Below, one piece after another: positions 54,401 to 64,000 of a stretch of 64,000 nucleotides of DNA. Both the position numbers and the translations under genes were made by a program. The DNA lies in contig OZ176051.1 of assembly GCA_964247055.1 (NCBI GenBank), forward strand, positions 14,384,001 to 14,448,000, written 5' to 3'. A model generated the notes under the pieces. It worked only from the letters and a program-made list of their open reading frames with translations. It ran no database searches and had not been told where the DNA came from. This DNA is from Paragordius varius (lineage: Eukaryota > Animalia > Nematomorpha). Numbering within the stretch: position 1 is the first letter of the stretch; the number at the start of each line of letters is the position of its first letter.

Positions 54401-56610
54401 AATTAATTAAATTTTAATTTTTAGATGTCAGATTTAGTCCCACATTTTACCGCTAAAATAGGCCATTTTGTAAATAAACGAAAAAGTTTCTTAATTGTTT
54501 GATATATTTTTTTATATATGCTCAATAGTATATTCCAAATTATTTTTTTTAACGCATACTCTGCTAAAATTTTAATTTACATAAAGTATTGATAATAAAA
54601 ACCATTTATAAAATTTGGTTGTGCGAAAATATTGTAAAAATTTGCTATCAAATATAATTAATATATTTTATTTCAAAAGCTTTCTCGCTAAATAAGGTTT
54701 AGAAATGGAATTTTACACTACTTTTATTGTTTTTATATGTACCCGTAACATTAATACAGCCAAAGAGGATATGATATACTTGAAAACTTGATTTGTTTAA
54801 AAATGACTGGATATTCTCAAAATTATACTTCCTGTGATATGTTTTGGCATTATGGACTATCATTGAATGAGCCTCGATTAGATGTTTTATTTTTTTTCTC
54901 TCTAATGGTTTGCCATCCTCAAAAAATGTTACTAAGGTTTGGGATGAGCCTGGTATGTTCGTTTACACATTTGTACGGAATTTATTCTAATATCCGCTTC
55001 TAAATTTAGTTTCGGCAACTGTTCACAAAAAAATTAATAAACAATTTTGAAACAATCAAAATAGTTTATTGCTTTAATTTTAACTAATTATATGTGTCTT
55101 TGCGATCTCATATTTATAACTATAATTTTAAAGGAACGAGATAAGTTGATTAAGACTACATGCCACTTAATTGTGTAAAATAAAACGGTATATTATGTTT
55201 TGATGTTTTTGTTTGTTTAAACATTGTAAATGAATTTTTTTGAACAATCCAATATATTATCAATTTGATGTTTTAAGGTAGGCAATGATACCGATTAGGA
55301 TTCTGCAATTGACTGCAAACTATCTTTTAAGCCATATAATAATTTATTTTGTTCGTTTATTCAATACAAATTAACAATATTAAAGGATTTTTTTAACTTT
55401 TGGTCAGCTGATTTCAACGCTTTTTCAGCAAGATAACCTTATTTATCAACTCATTAAGGTTGAGTTGTGGTAAAAAAAATAATCATCAAGCAATAAATTT
55501 TTGAATTGTTTTATTGGCCATTTGACAACTTTTACATTTTTCTCTATGTTATTTCAATGATAATATATATTTAATTTTTTTAAAGTCAAGTCATCGCAGC
55601 AAAAATTGATGTATATCATCAACTTGAGGAACATAATTTAGATTTATTATTAAATAAACTTAAAATCATGATGTACATAATCTGTCAATTAACAAATTGT
55701 GTGGTATATTTATTGTTAATCAGACCTATATAAAAGTTTATCGCCCTAGTGCCGTTTTGATAAATGCTAAACTTATGATATGGGGTTTCTGGTATTTTAA
55801 TAGATTTGATCGCCTATATAAAGTGAGGGAATAACCACTTTGCTTGAAGGCGTTTATAAGTGAAGTTATTTGGGATTTCAAGCTCTATGTATTAGTGTAC
55901 TTATAACACATTTTTTGTGACGCGTGGGATGTTATTAATATGCGTAGACATTTGAGGATCATAAAAAATTAGTTTTGGACTTGGTGAGTTGGTTATCAAG
56001 GAAATTTATTGACAATTTATAGAATTAAACAAAGAGTTAGTCAAAATGAGCTAACCAATAATAACTCAAAATTCAATAAATTTTAATATTTTTGTCGCAA
56101 TTATTAATGTAATTATTTATATGTTTTTATGTTTCGTGAATATTATTAAAAATCATCTAAAAATATCCCGGTTATCATAATTTATAATTATATTTTTTAA
56201 ATTTTGTTTTAATTAATCTTATTATTATTTTCCTTTGTTTTAGTTAATCCATTAAAAAAGATACTCTCATGTATCGAAAATTTTGGATATAGTTTGAATT
56301 TTATTAAATTTTACGAGAATACAAATTAATATTTTAACATAAAACTTTTATATTATATAATTTTATTATGTAGTAAAATTTCTAAATATAAGCAAAACCG
56401 TCCGTTTCATGCTATATTTAAATCACTTATAATTATACGGTTATTTCTGTTTTTATGAAATATAAAAACGTGTTAAAAATATTTAACATATTATGGAGAT
56501 TATTTCTTTTAGCCTACCTTTGCAATTAGAAGTTATAGTACTCCCTATCAAGCATAAGGTGGCTTTATGAAACGAAAATTTAAAGGGGACAGTGTTTACC
56601 ACGTGTCATA

Positions 56611-56654
56611 GTGTGAGACGCGTTTCGTGCTTGTTGTGGACTCATCAGCCACAC
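56611..56654 (-). ncRNA. Minimal type I hammerhead ribozyme (mirror copy)
   Basis: Exact reverse complement of 57189-57232. Confidence 0.75.
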
Positions 56655-57188
56655 ATAATGAACACGGGTAAACACTGTTAAAAGTTTGTATATATACTGA
56701 GTATTTTAAGATTTTAAACCAATTATAGTTGGTGAAAGAGAAAACGGATAACTTAGGCCCAGAGAGGGCAACCGATTGTACTTAGATTAAGCCAATTATC
56801 ATATCTCCTTTTTATCCATTAGCCAGGATGGGGCTTATATAGTTAGAATATCACAATTTTTTTAGCGGAAAACGCCATCTTTATAGTTAATATTAGCATA
56901 TTATGGAGATTAGGTAGGCTAAAAGAAATAATCTCCATAATATGTTAAATATTAACTATAAAGATGGCGTTTTCCGCTAAAAAAATTTGTGATTTTCTAA
57001 CTATATAAGCCCCATCCTGGCTAATGGATAAAAAGGAGATATGATAATTGGCTTAATCTAAGTACAATCGGTTGCCCTCTCTGGGCCTAAGTTATCCGTT
57101 TTCTCTTTCACCAACTATAATTGGTTTAAAATCTTAAAATACTCAGTATATATACAAACTTTTAACAGTGTTTACCCGTGTTCATTAT

Positions 57189-57232
57189 GTGTGGCTGATG
57201 AGTCCACAACAAGCACGAAACGCGTCTCACAC
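57189..57232 (+). ncRNA. Minimal type I hammerhead ribozyme
   Basis: GUGUGG-CUGAUGA-GUCCACAACAAGCAC-GAA-ACGCGU-C-UCACAC: intact core, stem I GUGUGG/UCACAC, palindromic stem III ACGCGU, predicted cleavage after GUC (57226). Stem II has one C-C mismatch. Confidence 0.75.
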
Positions 57233-57746
57233 TATGACACGTGGTAAACACTGTCCCCTTTAAATTTTCGTTTCATAAAGCCACCTTATGCTTGATAGGA
57301 AGTACTATAACTTCTAATTGCAAAGGTAGGCTAAAAGAAATAATCTCCATAATATTTTAATAATTAACTATAAAGATGGTGTTTTCCGCTAAAAAAAGTG
57401 TGTTAAGAATAGTTATATCGATCAGGCTTAAACCAGAAGTGTCTTGGTTAGATAGCATTAGTATAATTTATTTTACCGTAGTAACTGTCGAGCAAGTTGT
57501 TTTGATTTAATGCATCTATTGACATTTTCTTAAAAAATACCGTATCACGCACGAGTTATGCAATGATTTTGCCATAAAAATTAGGCTTTGGGCCAAAATA
57601 TTCAATAATATTTATTTAGTATCCAGTAATATCGTTATACATTGCCAAATTTAAAAAATATATACTTAATCTTTTTCAATACTGCAGGCATAATTTCTAT
57701 ATAAGACACCCAAAAATTATATCAAGGCTATTATTATTTTTTTGAA

Positions 57747-58740
57747 ATGATACCCCTATCAATTTTATTCCTATTTGTGTTCTACGGTGTATTAGCTCAA
57801 GCGCAACCAAAGCCAAAAGATATATGGGTTAGATTTGGTGACGAATATTATTATGAACTTGTTGATGTATACAAAGGTAGAGCTAACATAACTGTCAATT
57901 TTGCGTACAAATTTTCTTACCGTAATGTCAATTATAGTCAATTTCTGGATCAAGAGATAGCACCTAAATTGAATTTAGTGGATGGCCCTTATTCGGTACT
58001 GAAAAATGGCGTGACAGTTAGCCGTGGACAAATTTTTATTGAAGGTATATTCCTTATTAATAAGATACTCTTACATTTTGCGCTGTTTTTTTGTATGATA
58101 ACCAGAAGCTACTAGTATGTTCTAACAAATATTTTAAATCTTTATATTATGATTTGGAATTGCATATATATACTTTATTCTTTTGGTTAAATATCATTGA
58201 ATAACTAAACAGTACATGAGATATTGATACACGCTCTTTAAAGATTATTTTCTAAATTTAACCTTATTAGTTGATATTTTTCTATAGTAAATGGTATTTT
58301 TTGGTATATAGAACATACAAATATCATAGAGGTAATACCGAATCAGATCAAAAAGTGTGAATTTGATATAGCTGAATTTTGGCAACCTCTTAAAAATTCC
58401 AAAACACCCCCTACCATTTAAATAATACCAAATATGGAAAACGAGTGCCCTTCCAAGTGTCAAACAAAACAAAATTAATTTTTAATATACCTGGTAAATG
58501 TGATTAAGCTGGATATTTGACCATTACCATAGATGGTAAAAAACTTAAAAGTTTTGTTAAAGTTTCCTACCCTTTGACGGTATACAGGAGCTACAATGGG
58601 CGATTTATATTTGAGGAAAATTGTATTGATTTGTTCGATGACCCAAATTTAGCACGTGTCGACTAATTCCTATTAGTTTCAATCGAATTACTGAAATATC
58701 CAACGAGAATATAACAGCGGTCCCTGTGAGATTTTAGTCT
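57747..58740 (+). CDS. Unknown secreted protein gene or pseudogene
   Basis: Signal-like N-terminus MIPLSILFLFVFYGVLAQA. Coding-like reading continues after a 1-nt shift near 58062 (DTLTFCAVFLYDNQKLLVCSNKYF) and again at ~58510-58660 (GYLTITIDGKKLKSFVKVSYPLTVYRSYNGRFIFEENC). Exon structure unresolved. Confidence 0.5.
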
Positions 58741-59292
58741 TTTTCGTGAATAATTATGTATATAAAACATGGAAAACTAAAATTGTTGGTATTGATGGAA
58801 AAATATCTTTAGCGTGAGGAACATAATTATCAATAAATTTATCAAATAAACTTATACTGTCAATTAACAAATTGTGTGGTATAATTATTATTAATCAGAG
58901 CTGTATAAAAGTTATGTGCCCTAGTGCCGTTTCGATGAAATGTGGGGTTTCTCCTTATTATAATAGATTTGATCGAGTATTTAAGAAGTTGTGGCAATGT
59001 CCACTTTGCTTTAACGCGTTTATAAGAGATGTTATTTGGATCTTCAGGCTCTGTGTATTAGTGTACTTATAACACATTTTTTGTGACGCGTGAGGATGTT
59101 ATTATGCGTAGACATTTGCTAAAAGGATCATAAAAAATTAGTTTTGGACTTGGTGAGTTGGTTATCAAGGAAATTTATTGACAATTTATAGAATTATACA
59201 AAGAGTTAGTCAAAAAGAGTTAACCAATAATAACTCAAAATTCAATAAATTTTAATATTTTTTTCGCATTAGTTAATATAATTATTTAATTA

Positions 59293-61614
59293 CACTGTGC
59301 AACACGATTTTTAGACCAGAGTGAAAATTACTACATCTTATAGAGAATTTTTTTCTGAAAATAATGATATATTTAATATTTTCCTAGCACTTTTTCGCGA
59401 GCCGCTAAAAGGTTTTAAAAATTCAAAAACCATCAAAAATGCCTGTTTTTGTAACCCTATAACTTTTTGAATTATATAGCTTATTATATTTTTTTGGGGG
59501 GATATTACAGATTATATTTTAAAATTCATGTAACATTTTAAAAATTTTTAAAAGTCTCTACTACTTTTTGATTTATTTAGAAAAAACGAAACTTAGCTCC
59601 AAAAAGCGTTTCAAAACAATGAAAAATTAAGAGACGTGCAGGCACCATACCATTTTTTATACATAACAAAATGGAAAAATTTAATGTTAATATTAATTAA
59701 AAAATGTAAATATTAATTTTAGGAATAAATCAAGTATATTTATAAAATAATTAATAAAATAAATATATAATATTAATTTGATATATAGTATTTATAAATA
59801 GGAATCACTTTTAACCATGCAAATTTATTTATTATGTATTGTACGTGATTATATGAATCAAGATATTTTGTTTTTTAATATACGAAAGTTTTTTTCAACA
59901 AATAAAAAATATAAACATGCAAATAAATATAAACTGAAATGTTGAACTAACAGAAAAGCAAAAAAGGCATTCATTTTTTTTCCCGGAAATAACTTTCATA
60001 AATTTTATATCCATGAATCTCAATGAAGTCATTTTTTATATTATATTGGAACATTTTATAGTTAAATAAATTCAATATAATAAATTTTTTTAATCTAAAT
60101 TTACCCTTTTTTAATTGTGGCACGTTTAAATAAAATTTAACTATCAATCCATAACATAACCTGAAACAGTAAATAAGACGTTTTAAGTACGCTTATTTTG
60201 ATTTTTTGATGTGTAAAAAAGCGTTCTGTCGCGTTGTTACAGGTGAAGTTATTATATGCATTTATTTTTAGCGGCGCAAATGTTTGAGGGACCCTAATTC
60301 GTTTTGCCACGTCTGTGGACAATACATATTCAGAAACTCACGAATACGAAAAATAAGTGAAAGGGCTAAAGCTGCCTACGAGGCGAAATTCAATCTACCT
60401 TTAATGGACCAAGACAAGCCATGGAGCCCGCATTCATTATGTCAAACATGCTACAATGGTTTATTGGTATGGCCTGATAAAAAAATTTTGAAAATTGAAG
60501 AACCTATGGTCTGGCATGAACCGAAAGACCATATAACGGATTGGTATTTTTGCTGTTCTAACATTTCCACATTCAACAAATCTGCTAAAAAACAAATTTT
60601 ATATGCCAATACTTTGTCCACTACACCCCCCATTTTTAGCGGGCAGGAAGAAAACACTGATATAATTTCTGACGACGTTGAAACCTTATCCACCACTTCC
60701 CGTCTAACTATAGTAAAACGAAAAATGAATCAAAATGCATTGAATAATTTGGTTAAGGATTTAATTTATCCAAACAAACGCTGATGTCCTTGGTATAGAA
60801 TTTTATATTTAAAGGTTCTCGACTTGCGGAATATGATGCATTGGATTTTGGTGTGCGCACAACCTTTAGAGAGCGCAGTGACCATCTTCCTAAATATTTT
60901 AATATAGAAGATGGTATAACTTTTTGTCAGGACATGGGAATGTTCAATTTCCTGCAATATCCAATGGAACCAAAAGAATGGCGTTTGTTTTTGGATTCAT
61001 CCAAAACAAGTTTTAAAGCCGTCCTTTTGGATAATAACAACAGCTTACCGAGTATCCCTGTTGCATATGCTCGTTGCAAAAAGGAAAACTACGAAATTTT
61101 ATTATCCATTAACATTAAAAAATTTAAAAATACCATTTTAATATTTTTTTTATTATAACATTAAATATATATACTATTTTTCATATTTAAAAAAAGCAAT
61201 TAAATTTTATTATTTTAGTAATGTATAATGAAAAGCTGTCAATCAAATGATGCCAGTATGTCTCTAATTTTTCATTGTTTTGAAACGCTATTTTTTTGGA
61301 GCTAAGTTTCGTTTTTTCCAAATAAATCAAAAAGTAGTAGAGACTTTTAAAAATTTTAAAATGTTACATGAATTTTAAAATATAATCTGTAATATCCTCC
61401 CAAAAAATATAATAAGCTATATAATTTAAAAAGTTATAGGGTTACAAAAACAGGCATTTTTGATGGTTTTTGGATTTTTGAAACCTTTTAGCGGCTCGTG
61501 AAAAAGTGCTAGGAAAATATTAAATATATCATTATTTTCAGAAAAAAATTCTCTATAAGATGTCGTAATTTTCACTCTGGTCTAAAAGATGAGGATAAAA
61601 TTTGTTGCACAGTG
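59293..61614 (+). mobile_element. CMC/Chapaev3-like DNA transposon with internally truncated transposase
   Basis: Termini CACTGTGCAAC / GTTGCACAGTG, 3-bp TSD TTA, ~350-bp inverted arms. ORFs 60284-61158 carry FCHVCG, DQDKPWSPHSLC, PMVWHEP.DH...YFC and EWRLFLDSSKTSFKAVLL. The superfamily call is from recalled motifs. Confidence 0.8.
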
Positions 61615-64000
61615 TTATTCGTCAATATCAACAAAAGTCATCTAAAATCCCGATCAGATATTATACTTTTGTATTTTATAAAATTTCTAAATTCAATCAA
61701 ACGGAAAACTTAATATACTCCGTTTCATGCTTTTCAAATAATTTATACTTATAATTATTCGGTTAATTTCTTTTTAATTAAATATAAAAAAATATTTTAT
61801 TCAAATTTTGTTATATGTTATATTAATTTGGCAATCGGGTTTAAACCAGAAGTGTAAGTTTAGCCAGATAGCATAAAATTTATTTTACCATAGTAACTGT
61901 CAAGCAAGTTGTTTTGAATTAATGCAAATATTGACATTTTCTACAAAACTAAAGCACGCACGAATTTTATGTAAGATTTTGACAAAATATATAAAATTAG
62001 GCTTTGGTCCAAAAAATTTAATATGCTCGCGATAGTACATTTCAATTTTTTAAAAGCATACTCTGCTAAAATTTTCATTATACATAAAGTATTCATTAAA
62101 ACCATTTATACAATTTGCTTGTGCTAAATTTTGTAATTTTATATTAAATATAATTAACATATGATTTCATTTTAAACGCTAACTTTCAACCCTTATTATT
62201 CAACCACAATAATGCTTAATTTTTAATATATTTGTTAACAAACTATTTTTCGATTCCTTTTATGTGTAAGAATCTTAAAAATACAGTAATAATATTGAGT
62301 TTTTTATAATTTCCTAAGACTGATTTCATAAGCTTTCTCTACTTGTATTGTTTTTATATGTATCCGTAACATTAGTACAGCTAAAGAGAGATATGATATC
62401 TGATTTGTTAAAAATGCTTGGATATTCTCATAATGATACTTCTTGTTATATGTTTTGTGATGGGCTATCATTGGATGAGCTTCGAATGGATAAATTTTTA
62501 TCCTAAAAAAACTGATATTAGGATATTGTAAGCCTGATTTGTACATGTACACATTTGCAATGGAATTTATCCTAATAACATTTCAAATTTAATTAAACTA
62601 TTAACAAATAAATTAATTAAAAACTTTAAAACAATTAAGTTATATTAAATTTTGAATACAGTAAAATTTGAAATTACACGGACAAAACGTAAAAATATAA
62701 AAAATAATTTTTTTAAAAGAAAACCCTACTTTTTTATATTTAATTATTACTAATATAAAATATTTACCTACCACTGTAAAATAAATTGATGGGGTTTCCT
62801 ATTCACATCTGTATTTGATTTTTCGATTAAAATAATGAGTTATATTTAAAATAATCAAGATTTAAAAAGTATGGTTGTTGAAAAAAAATTTGTATTTTTA
62901 TGTTTCCGTATAATTTCAATTTTTACTGTAAATATATGTGTCTTTGCGATCTCATATTTATAACTATAGTTTTAAACGAGCTGAGGAGATAAGTTGATTA
63001 ATAGGGATGGCATGCTAGATAACTGTGTAAAAGAAAACAGTATATTATGTTTTGATGTTTTTGTTTGTTTAAACTAAACATTTGCTTGAACAATCCAATA
63101 TAATATTAATATGGATGTTTTTAGGTATGCTAAACAATGATACCGATTCGGAGTCTGCAATTGGCTGCAAACTATCTTTTAAGCCATATAATAATTTATT
63201 TTGTTCAATTTACTCAATACAAATTAACAATATTAAAGGATTTTTTTAACTTTTGGTCAGCTGATTTCAACGCTTTTTCAGCAAGATAACCTTATTTATC
63301 AACTCATTAAGGTTGAGTTGTGGTAAAAAAATAATCATCAAGCATAAATTTTTGTTTTATTGGCCATTTGACAACTTTTACATTTTTCTCTAAGTTATTT
63401 CAATGATAATATATATTTAATTTTTTTAAAGTCAAGTCATCACAGCAAAAATTGATGTATATCATCAACTTGAGGAACATAATTTAGATTTATTATTAAA
63501 TAAACTTATAGCCATGATGTACCAATTCTGTCAATTAATAAATTGTGTGGTAAAATTATTAATCAGAGCAGTATAAAAGTCTATGTGCCCTAGTGCCGTT
63601 TCGATGAATGCTTAACTTATGATATGGGGTTTCTCCTAATTATAATAGATTTGATCGAGTATTTAAAGAAGCTGAGGCAATCCACTTTGCTTACGCGTTT
63701 ATAAGGAATGTTTTTTTGGATTTCAGGTGTATTAGTATATTTATAACTCATGTTTTTGTGACGTGTGATGATGTTAGTTATATGCGTAGACATTTGCTAA
63801 AAGGATAATAAAAAATTAGTTTTGGACACGGTTAGTTGGATATCAAGGAAATTAATTGAAAATTTATTTAATTTAATACAAAAAGCTAGTGAAAAAGAGT
63901 TAACCTATACCTATATTAACTCAAAATTCAATAAATTTTAATATTTTTATCGCATTCATAGTTAATATAATTATTTAATTTTCAAATATTTCTATGTTTT

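Larger units (their letters stand above)
56478..57396. mobile_element. Head-to-head inverted pair of Penelope-type pseudo-LTR (retrozyme-like) 412-bp units
   Basis: Arms mirror about 56921. GGTAGGCTAAAAGAAATAATCTCC recurs at 56913 and 57325 (period 412). The unit begins with a GIY-YIG C-terminus-like reading RLKEIISII...NINYKDGVFR* and contains a hammerhead motif. Confidence 0.82.
51640..64000 (-). mobile_element. Head-to-tail array of about four decayed 2.2-2.9-kb units, probably Penelope-like elements, with nested insertions
   Basis: Shared anchors: CCGTAACATT at ~51804, 54742 and 62363; TGCGTAGACATTTG at ~53088, 55941, 59105 and 63783; AAACCAGAAGT at ~53518, 57430 and 61843. The minus strand at 59040-59190 gives INFLD, NVY and HP...HKKCVISTLIHRA, matching the PLE RT C-terminal consensus. 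Confidence 0.6.

Overview
AT-rich, intron-containing invertebrate animal DNA, mostly transposable elements and their rearranged remains; the species cannot be determined. Three host genes are recognisable, all on the minus strand: five 5' exons of a nompC/TRPN1-like ankyrin channel (8928-13514), an unusually long GT31 beta-1,3-glycosyltransferase (21616-24294) and six 3' exons of MCM7 (27071-31273). Two or three lineage-specific secreted-protein genes lie on the plus strand. Mobile elements with clear termini or TSDs: two hAT/Buster transposons, a full-length RTE LINE, a Chapaev3-like transposon and a non-autonomous Helitron carrying a ~595-bp tandem array. The recurring unusual theme is inverted architecture: a ~6.5-kb Gypsy palindrome with a homogenised core, a Gag-protease element bounded by inverted LTRs with an apparent TSD, and a Penelope-type palindrome with a minimal hammerhead ribozyme on each strand inserted into a decayed Penelope tandem array. 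nompC, MCM7 and the GT31 gene each carry a frameshift or in-frame stop as assembled, so pseudogenisation versus assembly error is unresolved. All alignments and family calls were made by eye and from recalled motifs, not by database search.
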